Shown in pieces: positions 52,677-64,000 of a stretch of 64,000 bases of DNA. Each line of letters starts with the position of its first letter. Position 1 is the first letter of the stretch. The notes beneath the pieces were generated by a model, which saw only the letters and a program-made list of their open reading frames with translations, made no database searches and was not told the DNA's origin. Where the stretch lies: NCBI GenBank assembly GCA_963833985.1, contig CAWIAD010000001.1, forward strand, positions 2,592,001 to 2,656,000, in the 5' to 3' direction. Both the position numbers and the translations under genes were made by a program. This DNA comes from an uncultured Planctomycetaceae bacterium (GTDB taxonomy: Bacteria > Planctomycetota > Planctomycetia > Isosphaerales > Isosphaeraceae).

Positions 52677-55193
52677 TTGGGGAGTTCGGACGACCGTTTT
52701 CGTGAAATGTTCTTCGAGGAGGCGCGCGAGCTTCTGATCAGCCTGGAAGAGGGGCTGATGGACCTGGAGCGGCGCCAGGGGGACCGTGCGCACCTCGACA
52801 AGACGTTCCGGGCGGCCCACAGCATCAAGGGCGCCGCGGCGATGGTGGGCCTGGAGCCCATCGCTCGGTTCACTCACGGTATCGAGGCGGTCCTGGAGAA
52901 GATCCGCTCCGGCGCCCTGGCGGTCGATTCTGATATCATCACCACGCTCCTGGAGTCGCGTGACCACCTGGCCGCGATGGTGGAGGGGGACGCGGCCGGA
53001 TCTCCGATCCCGGGTTCAGGAGAGCTCAGTCAGCGACTGACCGACCTGCTCCGGGCTCCCGGGCCTGGAACGGGTGCACCGCCGGCCGCGGCGCAGGGCG
53101 GCCCCGCCAGGCCGGCACGGCCCGAAGCCGCGCCGCCAGCCGCGCGATCGGAAGGCGACGCGGAGACGAAAGCCTTGGCTCCGCGCCAGGACGCGGGCAA
53201 GGCAGCCCCGGCTGCGCCGGCCAGCACCGCGGACGGCCACACGTCCGACACCAGCGTGCCGGGGCCGGATCGCGGGCAGGCCGTCACCCCTGCCGTTTCG
53301 CCACAGCCCCAGCCGCGCAAGTCCCGGACCAGGAAAAGCGGTGGTGCCACCCGAGCGCGTGCGGTCAAGACAAAGGCCATGGACAAGGCGGCTGCCGGAG
53401 GAGCTGTCGATGGGCCGGCAGCCGCGCCGGCACAGCAAGGCCCAGGCGATAGCGAGCCTGTCTTCACCTACCGGATCACGCTCTCTACCGGTCCGGATGT
53501 GCTGCGCCGGGGTGTCAACCCGCTCGGCGTGCTCGACGAGCTCCGGGAGCTTGGACAGGCGACGGTCAGCACCGATCCGCTCTCCGTCCCCTTGCTCCAC
53601 GAGATCGACCCGGAACGCTGCTACCTGAGCTGGACGATCCACTTGCAGACCGAGGCGGGGGTCGAGCGGCTGCGTGACGTGTTCCTGTTCGTGTCCGAAG
53701 ACAGCACGGTGACGGTGGAGCGCCGACTCGACGACGGCAGCTTCGTGCCCGTTGTGCTCGAGGCCGTGCTCGACATGGCCGGGCTGGGCCCGGCTGTGGT
53801 CAAACCGCCAGCTTCCGGCTTCGATCCACCTGACCTCGAGCCCGGCGCCGTGGTTCCCGGGGGAGCTCCAGCCGTCGAGGCGGCAGGCAACGGCGTGCAC
53901 GCGGTCGCCCCTCCCGTACCTGACGGCGGAGCCGCCACGCGCCAGAACGGGCCCGCGGGCGGACTCTCGCCGTTTCCCGGCGCGAGGCCGCACGCACGCA
54001 TTCGCGTCGACGCGCTCCAGCTTGACGACCTGGTGGGCCTGGCCGGCGAACTCGCGGTCCTCTCCGATAACCTGCAAGGCCTGCGCGAGGTGTCCGGCCT
54101 GGGCAGGTGGGTGCACGCGCTGGAATCTCTCCAGCGGGTCAGCCGGGAGATCCGCGACACGACGCTGGAGCTGCGGATGGTCCCCGTCGACGAGCTCTTC
54201 TCGCGGTTCCCCCGCGTCGTGCGCGACCTGGCCGACCGCTCGGGCAAGGAGATCGAGCTGCGGATCGTCGGCCAGGAGACCCGGCTGGACCGGACGATCG
54301 TGGAGCGGCTGGGAGACCCGATGGTGCACCTCATCCGCAACGCCGTCGACCATGCGCTCGAGACGCCCGACGAGCGGCTCGCCGCCGGCAAGCCGCGCGG
54401 GGGCCGGATCACGCTCATCGCCGGCCACGAGGGAGACCGGGTGGCCATCCGCGTCGAAGACGACGGGCGCGGCCTGGACCGCGAGAAAATCGTGCGCAGG
54501 GGCGTGGAACGGGGTCTGATTCCCCCCGGCTCCGCGCTCGATGACCCCAGGGTGGTCAGCCTGATCTTCGAGCCGGGCTTCTCCACCCGCGACAGCGTCA
54601 GCGAGCTCTCGGGCCGAGGGGTCGGGCTCGACGTGGTCCGGGATTCGGTGCGGGGGCTCCGCGGCAGCCTGTCGGTGGAGAGCACACCGGGCAAGGGGAC
54701 CTCGTTCGTCTTCCGGCTGCCCCTGACCCTGGCACTCATCGACGGCCTGCTGATCGAGACGGCGGGCAGCCAGTTCGTGGTCCCCCTGTCCCAGGTGGAG
54801 GAATGCGTTTCCCTGGCCGGCACGGGCCCGGCACTGGCCGCGGAACGTCCGTGCGTGTCGGTCCGTGGCGAGCTGGTCCCCATGATCTCGCTACGATCGC
54901 TGTTCCGCTCCAACGGGTCCTTGCCGGCGCGGCAAGAATTGCTTTTGACGAGGCACGCCGGACAGAGAGTGGGCGTGGCGGTGGACCGGCTGGTCGGCCG
55001 CGTTCAGGCGGTGATCCAGTCGCTTGGCGGGGGAATGCACGGGCTGAGCCGCTTCTCCGGCGCAACGATCCTCGGTGATGGCTCCGTGTCGCTGATCATT
55101 GATCTCTCGGCCGTGGTCACCGAATCCCTTGTGGCCAGTCAGAATATTCTTTCCACGCCCTCCGGCGGCGTGAGGGCGGAGTATCTCCGATGA
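52677..55193 (+). CDS. cheA: Chemotaxis histidine kinase CheA
   Basis: FRAAHSIKG (HPt), [28 protein letters not shown], CheW-like C-terminus; TTG start with purine-rich SD. Confidence 0.95.
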   Translation: MGSSDDRFREMFFEEARELLISLEEGLMDLERRQGDRAHLDKTFRAAHSIKGAAAMVGLEPIARFTHGIEAVLEKIRSGALAVDSDIITTLLESRDHLAAMVEGDAAGSPIPGSGELSQRLTDLLRAPGPGTGAPPAAAQGGPARPARPEAAPPAARSEGDAETKALAPRQDAGKAAPAAPASTADGHTSDTSVPGPDRGQAVTPAVSPQPQPRKSRTRKSGGATRARAVKTKAMDKAAAGGAVDGPAAAPAQQGPGDSEPVFTYRITLSTGPDVLRRGVNPLGVLDELRELGQATVSTDPLSVPLLHEIDPERCYLSWTIHLQTEAGVERLRDVFLFVSEDSTVTVERRLDDGSFVPVVLEAVLDMAGLGPAVVKPPASGFDPPDLEPGAVVPGGAPAVEAAGNGVHAVAPPVPDGGAATRQNGPAGGLSPFPGARPHARIRVDALQLDDLVGLAGELAVLSDNLQGLREVSGLGRWVHALESLQRVSREIRDTTLELRMVPVDELFSRFPRVVRDLADRSGKEIELRIVGQETRLDRTIVERLGDPMVHLIRNAVDHALETPDERLAAGKPRGGRITLIAGHEGDRVAIRVEDDGRGLDREKIVRRGVERGLIPPGSALDDPRVVSLIFEPGFSTRDSVSELSGRGVGLDVVRDSVRGLRGSLSVESTPGKGTSFVFRLPLTLALIDGLLIETAGSQFVVPLSQVEECVSLAGTGPALAAERPCVSVRGELVPMISLRSLFRSNGSLPARQELLLTRHAGQRVGVAVDRLVGRVQAVIQSLGGGMHGLSRFSGATILGDGSVSLIIDLSAVVTESLVASQNILSTPSGGVRAEYLR

Positions 55194-57088
55194 GAATCCC
55201 ATTACGAACCAAAGTCACCCTGGTCCTGGTCGCCTTCGGGCTGATCCCCGCCGGGATTGTTGCGGCCTTCGCGTTCATGTCGGCCGAGGAGTTCAAGGGA
55301 CGTCAAACCTTGATGATCAGCGCGGCCGCCGCCTCCATCAGCGACCACGCCAAGATGCTCGCCTTCAAAAACTACGACCTCAAGAACCACGAGGCACAGC
55401 TCAAGGCCGAGAAGGGTCAGGCCGCTGATAAACTGGCGCCGACCGATTACCAGGCCCCGCTCAAGTTCGAGCTCAGCGATGCCGACCGTGAAGACCTCCA
55501 GCGGCATATCTCGTACACGCTACGCGATCACAACCTTTCCGGCGCGACGGTCTACTTCGTCGACCCGACGAACAATGTCCTCCTGCAACGCAGCAACACC
55601 GGCGCGTTCACCAGCGGAGGCCGGCTGACGTCCAAGTACGAGCTCACCGCCGATCACGCCAACGGCAAGATGGGCACCGAGGCCCTGGAGGCCAAGACAG
55701 AACCGTACGAGGCCGCCGAGATCGTCGGCTACGCCCCGGTGCCGGCGCAGTTCCAGAAACTGGCCGGCGCCAGCCACGGCTATGTCACGCTCATCGCCCT
55801 GCCGCGCAGCGCGGCTTACGAGACGATCTACGACAACCAGATCCGCACGCTCGCCATCCTCGCCGGGGCGTTCGTGCTCACCGTGCTCCTGGGCATCCTC
55901 TTCGGGAGCTGGTTCATCCACCCGCTGCTGGAGATCAAGGACGTGACCGAGAGCCTCCAGGAGGGCCAGCTTTACAACCGCACGAACATCAACCGGGGCG
56001 ACGAGCTGGGCGACCTGGCAAGCCTGACGAACTCAGTGGTGGACCGATTCTCGGAAGTGATCGGCCAGATCCGCAACGTGACGGCCTCGGTCTCCACCGC
56101 CAGCAGCCAGCTCAACTCCAGCGCCCAGCAACTGGCACAGGGGGCCGCGGAGCAAGCGGCCACGCTGGAGGAGATCGCCAGCAGCTTGCAGAACGTGGAC
56201 GCCTCCGTGGGCCGGAACGCTCAGCACGCCAAGGACACCGCCCGCACGGCCAACGAGGCCAGCGGCCAGGCCCAGCGCGGAGGTGAGGCCGTGCATCAGA
56301 CCGTCGCGGCCATGCGCGAGATCACCCAGAAGATCCTGGTCGTCGAGGACATCGCCTACCAGACCAACCTGCTGGCGCTGAACGCAGCCATCGAGGCCGC
56401 CCGCGCGGGAACGCACGGCAAGGGCTTCGCCGTCGTCGCCGGCGAGGTGCGCAAGCTGGCCGAGCGAAGCCAGACCGCCGCCCAGCAGATCAGCGACCTG
56501 GCCAAGAAAAGCGTGGCTGTCGCCGAGAACGCCGGCACCCTGCTGGAGCGCACCGTGCCCATGATTCAGGCCACCTCCGACCTGATCTCGGAGATCGCGG
56601 CCGCCTCGCAGGAGCAGATGACCGCGATCCGCGAGATCAACGTGGGCGTCACCCAGCTCGAGGAGGTGGTTCAGCAGAACGCCGCCGCCAGCCATGAGCT
56701 TGCGGCAACCTCGACCGACCTGGCATCGCAGTCGTCGAGCTTGCAGCAGAAGGTGGACTTCTTTCGCCTTGAATCCTCCGCCAACGGCTACCACCCCACT
56801 CCCATCGCACCCCCGCGGACCCGCGTGAGCAAGTCCTTGCCGCGGGCGCAACCACATACGGGCCGAAGGCTTCCAGCGCCCAGGCCGGCACCACAGCATT
56901 CCGCCGACGGCCAGACGGGGGCCGGCCATACGACCGCGCCCTCCGGCAGCGGAGCGGGCACGTCGCCGCAGCAGCCCGGTCCCGCGGGTCCAACACCGCC
57001 ACCGCCGGGCCCCGGCGCGGTGCCCCCCCAGCGCGGGGGCGTCGTGGTTAATCTTGACGACGACGACAATTTCGAGCGATTCTCGTAG
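55190..57088 (+). CDS. Methyl-accepting chemotaxis protein (2 TM, HAMP)
   Basis: [44 protein letters not shown]-terminus NFERFS. Confidence 0.95.
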   Translation: MRIPLRTKVTLVLVAFGLIPAGIVAAFAFMSAEEFKGRQTLMISAAAASISDHAKMLAFKNYDLKNHEAQLKAEKGQAADKLAPTDYQAPLKFELSDADREDLQRHISYTLRDHNLSGATVYFVDPTNNVLLQRSNTGAFTSGGRLTSKYELTADHANGKMGTEALEAKTEPYEAAEIVGYAPVPAQFQKLAGASHGYVTLIALPRSAAYETIYDNQIRTLAILAGAFVLTVLLGILFGSWFIHPLLEIKDVTESLQEGQLYNRTNINRGDELGDLASLTNSVVDRFSEVIGQIRNVTASVSTASSQLNSSAQQLAQGAAEQAATLEEIASSLQNVDASVGRNAQHAKDTARTANEASGQAQRGGEAVHQTVAAMREITQKILVVEDIAYQTNLLALNAAIEAARAGTHGKGFAVVAGEVRKLAERSQTAAQQISDLAKKSVAVAENAGTLLERTVPMIQATSDLISEIAAASQEQMTAIREINVGVTQLEEVVQQNAAASHELAATSTDLASQSSSLQQKVDFFRLESSANGYHPTPIAPPRTRVSKSLPRAQPHTGRRLPAPRPAPQHSADGQTGAGHTTAPSGSGAGTSPQQPGPAGPTPPPPGPGAVPPQRGGVVVNLDDDDNFERFS

Positions 57089-57205
57089 CAGTGAGTAGTT
57101 CCTGTTAAATTAGAATACGGAGGGGCGAGGCACTCCGAGCTCGAGTCTCTAAATGCGGCCATCAATGCATTTATTGCAGCCACCCGAAGGGTGAGGAAAG
57201 GACCG

Positions 57206-57712
57206 ATGATCGATCTCGTCACGGACGCCATCACCGATTCCGAACGTGACGGGGCGCAGTCGTATGTGATCTTCAGGCTGGGAGGCGAAGGCTACGCGCT
57301 GGAGGTGATGCGTGTGCAGGAGATCCTCGACGTCGAATCGATGACCGAGGTTCCGGGGAGCCCGAAGTGTTTGCTGGGGGTGATCAACCTGCGTGGCCAT
57401 GTGGTGCCCGTGTACGACCTGCGGATCCCGTTCGGTCTGAGTACCCAGGCCAGGTCCAGCCGCACCAGCAGCGTGATGATCGTGGAGACCGAGCGCGGCA
57501 ATGACACCCAGGTGACCGGCCTGGTGGTGGATCGCGTTTCCGACGTTCTGGAGTTTTCTCCAGAAGAAGTTCAACCTTCGCCGCAGCTAGGACTTGGGAA
57601 GACGACTCCGTTCGTGCGCGGGCTCATCCGTCACCAGGATGCCTTCCTGCTCGTATTGGATCTGGACCGGGTTTTTTCCGCACTTGCGTCGCTGAATGGT
57701 GAGGGAGTCTAA
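57206..57712 (+). CDS. cheW: CheW adaptor
   Basis: VQEI..VPG..GVINLRG.VVPV.DL, GLVVDRVSDV. Confidence 0.93.
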   Translation: MIDLVTDAITDSERDGAQSYVIFRLGGEGYALEVMRVQEILDVESMTEVPGSPKCLLGVINLRGHVVPVYDLRIPFGLSTQARSSRTSSVMIVETERGNDTQVTGLVVDRVSDVLEFSPEEVQPSPQLGLGKTTPFVRGLIRHQDAFLLVLDLDRVFSALASLNGEGV

Positions 57713-57713
57713 C

Positions 57714-58577
57714 GTGGCGTCATCGGGCATGCTGCCACCCTCGCCTTCGGAGCCCGAGCCCTGGTCGGAGAAAGACTTCGCCGCCATCGTGGCGTTCTTG
57801 CGGCATCAGATCGGCATCACCCTGGAGCCGCATCGCATGGGCCTGTTGCAGGCGAGGCTGCGCTCGCGGGTGCAGGTCAAGGGCTTTTCCAGTTTCTCGC
57901 AGTTTTACGAGCACATCCTGCGGGTCGATCCCGCCGGCTGGGGCGCCCAGTTGCTTGTCGACCTGAGCACGGTAAACCACACCTCGTTCTTCCGCGAGCC
58001 GGCCCATTTCTCGTTCCTCACCGATCACGTCGCAGCGGCGCTCAAGGAGTCCCCCACCGCGACGGTCCGTCTCTGGTCGGCTGGCTGTTCCTCCGGCCAG
58101 GAACCCTACAGCATGGCCGTGGCCCTGGCGGAAGCGTTGCCTCCCCACAACCTCTCGAAGGTGGAGATCTGGGCCAGCGATCTGTCCCTGGAGATGCTCA
58201 AGGTCGCCGCGGGCGCCATCTACACCTCGCGGGACGTTCACGGTGTTTCACCGACCCGCCTCCGCCGGTTCTTCCTGCTGGGTCGGGGCCCGCGCGAAGG
58301 GTCGCTCAAGGTCGTCCCGGAGATCCGCGATCTGGTCAAATTCCGTCACCTGGATCTGCGCACCAACCCCTGGCCCTTGCCCAACGACTTTGCCATCATC
58401 TTCTGCCGCAATGTTTCCATTTACTTTGCGGAGGAGGAACGGATGGTCCTGCTCGACCGCCTGGCGAAGCACCTGCGTCCCGGGGGCTGGCTGGTGATGG
58501 GCAATGGAGAGATTCTGCCCGCGGTGCCCGCTTCGCTGCACAAGCAGTCGCCGTCGCTCTATCAGAGAGAGGACTGA
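57714..58577 (+). CDS. cheR: CheR methyltransferase
   Basis: TSFFRE, WSAGCSSGQEPYS, IFCRNV. Confidence 0.93.
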   Translation: MASSGMLPPSPSEPEPWSEKDFAAIVAFLRHQIGITLEPHRMGLLQARLRSRVQVKGFSSFSQFYEHILRVDPAGWGAQLLVDLSTVNHTSFFREPAHFSFLTDHVAAALKESPTATVRLWSAGCSSGQEPYSMAVALAEALPPHNLSKVEIWASDLSLEMLKVAAGAIYTSRDVHGVSPTRLRRFFLLGRGPREGSLKVVPEIRDLVKFRHLDLRTNPWPLPNDFAIIFCRNVSIYFAEEERMVLLDRLAKHLRPGGWLVMGNGEILPAVPASLHKQSPSLYQRED

Positions 58578-58583
58578 TTGTCC

Positions 58584-59702
58584 ATGCCCCTGCGTCACCC
58601 AGGCCCGGCCCCGCAGACGCCGGCAGCCATCGAAGTGATGGTGGTGGACGATAGCGCGGTCATCCGCCAGCGGCTCAAGTCGATCATCGAGTCGGACCCG
58701 CACTTCCGGGTGGTCCTGGCCGCCGATCCGTACGAGGCCGTGGCCATCCTCAGCAAGTCTGTCCCCGGCGTGATCGTGCTCGACGTCGAGATGCCGCGGA
58801 TGGACGGCTTGACATTCCTGCGCAAGTTGATGCGGCAGCATCCCATGCCGGTCGTCCTCTGCACGGCACAGGCGGAACGCGCGGTGACCGCGCTGGAGAT
58901 GGGTGCCATCGAGGTGATCGCCAAGCCCGACTGGCACGATGCGTCGCGGCTCTCGGAATGGTCGCAGAGCCTGCTGGACAGCATCCGCAACGCCGCCCGC
59001 GCCGGCCGCCTGCCGTTGCGGGAGGACAAATCGACCGCGACGGATCCGCGTCATACGGCCGACGTGGTCTTGCCCCGGGCCCCTTATTCCCCGCGGGGGC
59101 CAAGCAGCGAGCGAATCATCGCGGTCGGCGTGAGCACCGGCGGCGTGCAGGCGATCCAGCAGCTTCTGGCCGGCTTTCCGACCGGTTCGCCCGGCATCGT
59201 CATCGTGCAACACATGCCGGCCGACTTCACACCGGCCTTCGCCCAGCGGCTGAACAATGACCCGCGCATCGAGCTCGAGGTGGCCGAGGCGCGCCATCAC
59301 GACTCGATCCGTGCGGGCCGCGCGCTGGTCATCCCGGGAGACACGCACGGCATCGTTCGCCGCTCCGGTGCGGGATACCGCATCGAGCTGGTCGACGGAC
59401 CCCCGGTCTGCCGCCACCGTCCCAGTGTCGAGGTGCTCTTCCGGTCGGTAGCTCAGGCGGCCGGACCGTTCGCCGCGGGCGTGATCATGACCGGCATGGG
59501 CGACGATGGAGCCGGGGGGCTACTCGAGATGAGGGAAATCGGGGCGCTCACCATCGCCCAGAACGAGGCCACCTGCGTGGTCTTCGGCATGCCCCGTGAA
59601 GCCATTCGCCGAGGTGCGGCAAAGTACGTGGTACCACTGGAGTCCATCGCCACGACGCTCATGGCATGGCACTCCAACCCCGATGCGGGAACCTGGTACT
59701 GA
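58584..59702 (+). CDS. cheB: CheB methylesterase (REC plus esterase)
   Basis: LDVEMP; GVSTGG, VQHMP, TGMGDDG catalytic Ser/His/Asp. Confidence 0.94.
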   Translation: MPLRHPGPAPQTPAAIEVMVVDDSAVIRQRLKSIIESDPHFRVVLAADPYEAVAILSKSVPGVIVLDVEMPRMDGLTFLRKLMRQHPMPVVLCTAQAERAVTALEMGAIEVIAKPDWHDASRLSEWSQSLLDSIRNAARAGRLPLREDKSTATDPRHTADVVLPRAPYSPRGPSSERIIAVGVSTGGVQAIQQLLAGFPTGSPGIVIVQHMPADFTPAFAQRLNNDPRIELEVAEARHHDSIRAGRALVIPGDTHGIVRRSGAGYRIELVDGPPVCRHRPSVEVLFRSVAQAAGPFAAGVIMTGMGDDGAGGLLEMREIGALTIAQNEATCVVFGMPREAIRRGAAKYVVPLESIATTLMAWHSNPDAGTWY

Positions 59703-59839
59703 GGCGTTCGGGCCGGCGAACGCGGGCCGCAGCGCTCCTTCGCGAACGGGGCGGTGGGACGAAGCGCGAGGAAGGTGGCTCGCTCGATCCGCGGCGTCCG
59801 GGCGTCCGCGACGGATCGAGCGACTGCCGCAAGTTCGGC

Positions 59840-60919
59840 TTACTGCCACGCATCCGCACTCATGATTTCACCGCCGCCGATGGTGTTCAATCCCAGCCAG
59901 ATCGGCATGCTGAGACTGTTCTTCACGAACCGCACCGAGCCATCGCCGAGCAAGACGTTCAGACCTCCCGGGTGGCGGCTTCGTGCACCCGCGTAGGCGG
60001 TCTGATCGCCCGCGTTGCTGGTGCACGGCAGGTCCATGGCCGGCTCGGAAACGCAGAAATAGAGGTTGTTCAGGTAATCCCCGAAGAGACCCGTCTGGTA
60101 GTAATCACTTGGGTTGTTGGGCGGCATGCGTGAAAAGAACGAGCAGCCGCCGGGGATCGTGGACCACATCAGGCCGCGGATGTCGTAGGTCTCTCCCTGG
60201 AGCACCTCGGCCACGAAGACCGTGTTGCTGCTGCCGTCGGTCAGTGAATTCATGCCGATGGTGAAGAAGCCGAATGCGGACTTCCGATAGCTCGGCGCAG
60301 CGCCGGTGCCGGGGTCGATCATCGGCGGGCCGCCCCAGTTCGCCACCGCCGTACCATCCTGCGACCAGTAGGTGTTGCCCCAGCTCGCGCCGTAGTTGCC
60401 CTTGGCGAAGATCGGGGTCGAGAGGTAGGGCGAGTAGGTCGGGTTGACCTGAAAGGTGTTCTCGCGATCGCTGGGGCACTGGAACACGCTGAGTTTGGTG
60501 GCACCCACGGTGCTGTTGGCGAAGAACCCCATGGGCAGGGGATAGTTTGGGCCCTCTGAACCAAGCTGGTAGTTAAAGCTGTTCGCAAGCGCACCCTGCT
60601 CCAGGAACGGCAGCATCAGCACGAACCAGGGCGTGTTCTGACAGTTACTGAAGATGTCATTGCCGCATGCACTGGCTCCTGGCACCAGCGTCAGGCCCAC
60701 GTTGCGAATATCTCCGGGGGGGAAGGCGTTACTGGTCTCGTGGTAGTTGTGCAGGGCTAGTCCGAATTGCTTCAGATTGTTGATGCACTGGGCGCGCCGG
60801 GCCGCCTCCCGGGCCGATTGCACGGCTGGTAAGAGGAGCGAAATCAGGACCGCGATGATAGCGATCACGACCAGCAGTTCAATGAGCGTGAAAGCCCGGC
60901 GGAGAGGGACGGACGACAT
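59840..60919 (-). CDS. DUF1559 prepilin-like protein (H-X9-DG motif)
   Basis: AFTLIELLVVIAIIAVLISLLLPAVQSAREAARR..C.NNLKQ; SRHPGGLNVLLGDGSV. Confidence 0.95.
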   Translation of the reverse strand: MSSVPLRRAFTLIELLVVIAIIAVLISLLLPAVQSAREAARRAQCINNLKQFGLALHNYHETSNAFPPGDIRNVGLTLVPGASACGNDIFSNCQNTPWFVLMLPFLEQGALANSFNYQLGSEGPNYPLPMGFFANSTVGATKLSVFQCPSDRENTFQVNPTYSPYLSTPIFAKGNYGASWGNTYWSQDGTAVANWGGPPMIDPGTGAAPSYRKSAFGFFTIGMNSLTDGSSNTVFVAEVLQGETYDIRGLMWSTIPGGCSFFSRMPPNNPSDYYQTGLFGDYLNNLYFCVSEPAMDLPCTSNAGDQTAYAGARSRHPGGLNVLLGDGSVRFVKNSLSMPIWLGLNTIGGGEIMSADAWQ

Positions 60920-61135
60920 GGTGATGGAACTCCTGAACGCCAATTTCGTGTCGATGCGACGCCGATCCTGAAGTGTGGTTCCCACCTTGCTGGGGGATTG
61001 GCGCAAGAGCGTAGCATGAATCGTGAGTGATTGCGATATGCCTTGAGCCGGGAAAATGCGTCGATCTCGTGCGGCCTGCCGATCCGATCGGAGCCGCCGG
61101 TACGTGCGATTCCGGGAACCGTAGCCGACTGGCCG

Positions 61136-64000
61136 TCAGACCGCCGCCCCGACGGGAACGCCGTCAAGCTGGGCTGCCAGCAGCTCGATGGGATGGACGG
61201 CGTTGATACCTGCAAGTCCGTGCACCTGGCTGCGGCACGAGAACCCGGGCGCGGCCAGGATGGCCTCGGGGTCCGCCGCGGCCGCGGGCAGCAGCACGCG
61301 GTTGGCCAGGGCGACGCTGACGTCATGGTGCCCGCGCTCGTAGCCGAAGGAGCCTGCCATGCCGCAGCAGCCGGAATCGAGCTCGCGTACGTCCAGTCCG
61401 GGAATCCGTCTCAGGGCGGCGAGCGTACCCGCGGTCCCCAGCGTGGCCTTCTGCTGGCAATGACCATGCAGCAGCACGCGCCGCTGGAGCCGGCTCAAAC
61501 CCAGCTCGGGCACCCGCGCCGGGTCGGCCACGAAGGCGTCGACCAGGGTGCAACGGTCAGCGACCTCCTGGGCTGCGTGGCCGAGACGGAAGTCGCGGTA
61601 CTCGTCGACCAGGGTTACCAGGCAGCTTGGCTCGCAGCCGACGACCGGCAGCCCCTGGCGCACCAGGGGCAGGAGCCTGGCGACGTTCTCCCGGGCCAGC
61701 TCGCGGCCGAGCTTCAGCAGCCCCTTGGAAATGGCCGGACGGCCGCAGCACGCCAGGCCGGCCAGCCGCACGCGGTAGCCGCTCGCCTCCAGCACGCGCA
61801 CGGCCGCGATGCCGACAGCGGGGTTGTTGTAGGTGGTGAAGCAGTCGTCCAGCAGCACGACGGAGCCCCGCTGGCCGGATCGGGAATCCACGGTGTGCTT
61901 GCGGAACCATTTCCGGAAATGGTCGCGTGCAAACGTCGGCAGGGTGCGACGGCGGTCAATTCCCGCGGTCTTTTCCAGGAGCCACTTGAAGAGAGAGTTG
62001 CCGAGCGTGGCATTCGCCAGGGGCGCCAGTGCCGAACCGACCGGATTGAGCCGGAAGATCTGGCCCATGAGCAGATGGCTGAGCGGCCGGGGACGCCCCG
62101 CGTAGTACTGGTACAGGAATTCGGACTTCAGCTTGGCCATATCCACCTGCGACGGGCATTCGCTCTTGCAGGCCTTGCACTGAAGGCACAGGTCAAGGGC
62201 CTCGAAGAGCGTCTCGTTGGAAAGCGGCCCGCCGTCGGCGGGGAGACCTCCGGCCATCACCAGCCGCAGCGCATTGGCCCGGCCTCGGGTCGAGTGCATC
62301 TCATCGCGCGTGACCATGTAGCTGGGGCACATCGTCCCGCCCGTGCTCTTGCGGCACGCCCCCACACCTGAGCACATCTCCACCGCACGCGCGAAGCCTC
62401 CCTGGTCCGAGAAATCCAGGAGGGTGCGCGCCGGTTCGGCCGGGTGGTAGTCCGGGCCGATTCGCAATTGCTCACCCGGATCGGCATCGCCGATGACCTT
62501 GTCAGGGTTAAGCAGACCGTGCGGGTCAAAGGCCTGCTTGACCTGCTTCAAGGCGGCGTAGACTTCCGGCCCGAACAGCTTGCGGTTCCAGAGGCTGCGC
62601 CAGGCCATCGCCGTGCTCGCCGCTCATCGAGCCGCCGAACTCGATGACCAGGTCGGAAACCTCGCGTGCGATCGACCGCAAGGTAGCCACGCCCTCGTGA
62701 GTCTTCACGTTGAGGATCGGCCGGATGTGCAGGCAGCCGACATCGGCATGCCCGTAACAGGCCGCACGCACGCCATGGCGCACGACGATCGCCTCGAACC
62801 GCTCGTAAAACATGGGCAACCGGTCGGGATGCACGGCCGTGTCCTCCACGAACGCGACCGGTTTGGCATCGCCCACCATGGCCATGAGCAGTGAGAACCC
62901 GGCCTTGCGCACCTTCCAGAAATCGTCACGGGCCGCATCCGAGAGCCGCTTGCGAACTCCCAGCACCCCCGGGCGGCCCTCGAAACGATGGGCAAGATCC
63001 TCGACCCGGGCTACGAGCTCGTCCTGGCTTTCGGCATAGTACTGTGCCGCGAGCACCGCGGCCGGCCGGCCTTCGGCGAAGTTAAGGTAACGCGAGTACA
63101 GCGGGTTCTCGGCGGCCAGGTCGAGGATCATCCGGTCGAGCATCTCGACGGCCACCGGACCGGTCGCCACGATCTCGGCCAGCCGCTCGAGCGCCGCGGG
63201 GATGGTGGCGAACGACAGGACCACCAGTCCCTGCGCCGGCGGAATCGGCACGATTTTCAATTCGGCCGCTGTCACGACCGCCAGCGATCCTTCGGAGCCA
63301 ACAATCAACCGCGCCAGGTTGAACCGCCAGGGCTCGTCCACCCAGCCGTCGGGCCGGACCGGCAGTCCGGGAACGAATTCGTCAAGATTGTAGCCGCTCA
63401 CGCGCCGCAGGATGTGCGGGAAGCGGTTGATGATGGCCTGCCGGTGCGCGGCCACCGTGTCGCGCACAGCGCGGTGAACCCGGCCGGCGGAGTCGTGCCG
63501 CCGGCAGACGACCTCAAGCTCCGCGGCGTCCAGTGGTTCGAACCGGACCGGTGCGCCGTCGGCCAGCACCGCCTCCAGACTGTGCACGTGATCGACGGTC
63601 TTGCCGTAACGCAGCGATCGCGCGCCGGCCGAATTGTTGCCGACCATGCCGCCGATCGTGGCCCGGTCGCTGGTGGAGACGTCCGGCCCGAACATCAGCC
63701 CCATGGGCTTCAGGTGTGCATTGAGCTGGTCCAGCACCACGCCCGGCTCGACGCGCACCGTCATCCCGTCGCGGTCGACCACGCCGATCCGGTTCAGGTA
63801 CTTCGAGAAATCAATGACGATCGCGGCGCCCACGGTCTGGCCGGAAAGGCTGGTTGCGGCCCCGCGGGGCACGATCGGCACGCGCTCCTCAGCCGCGATG
63901 CGCACCGTGGCAATCACGTCGTCCACGGTCCTGGGTACCACCACACCCACGGGTTCGATCTGATACAGGCTGGCGTCGGTCGCGTACAGGGCGCGATGGC
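61136..64000 (-). CDS. FAD-binding/(Fe-S) oxidoreductase (GlcD-GlcF fusion, YdiJ-like); 5' end off the window; frameshift at ~62600
   Basis: ATDASLY, GEHGDG, CSGVGAC, CLQCKAC..CP, CCG domains; 2 missing nt restore DGLARSLW. Confidence 0.9.

Noticed and set aside
2560..62610. Pseudogenes or programmed frameshifting
   Set aside because: No slippery heptamers or other decay; recurrent small deletions in GC runs, including in housekeeping genes, point to sequencing error.

Overview
GC-rich bacterial chromosomal window, very probably Planctomycetota and Isosphaeraceae-like (inferred from the DUF1559 protein, LE-x-R-x-LL secreted proteins, ECF sigma/Ser-Thr kinase modules and a PEP-CTERM protein). 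In order it holds: an MMPL transporter (truncated); a GT-C-like membrane protein; a ~1300-aa uncharacterised extracytoplasmic-domain/multi-TM protein; an NRAMP-family transporter; a Ser/Thr kinase; small regulators; an unusual complex I-like cluster (fused nuoBCD, nuoI, A, H, J, K, N, with no nuoE/F/G/L/M here) interrupted by a REP-rich spacer and a Calx-beta gene and followed by a degenerate HEPN protein; an ECF/secreted-protein block (ECF fusion, S53 peptidase, ECF, EXORDIUM/Phi-1-like propeller protein, PEP-CTERM); heme genes (radical SAM, hemY, ferrochelatase); an MBL lactonase-like hydrolase; two Gfo/Idh/MocA oxidoreductases; nikR; an ECF-ZAS/kinase module; a STAS protein; REC-PP2C next to a complete chemosensory cluster; DUF1559; and an FAD/Fe-S oxidoreductase (truncated). 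About a dozen 1-2 bp deletions, mostly at (GC)n or short G/C runs, split otherwise intact genes and look like long-read consensus errors. Best leads: a possible single-antiporter complex I, a shared TTGTC-N17-GACAA palindrome upstream of both heme loci, the receptor-like membrane protein, and an exact 29-bp duplication between the MMPL gene and an intergenic region 19 kb away. No rRNA, tRNA, CRISPR array or transposase was recognised. All calls come from reading motifs by eye; no searches were run.
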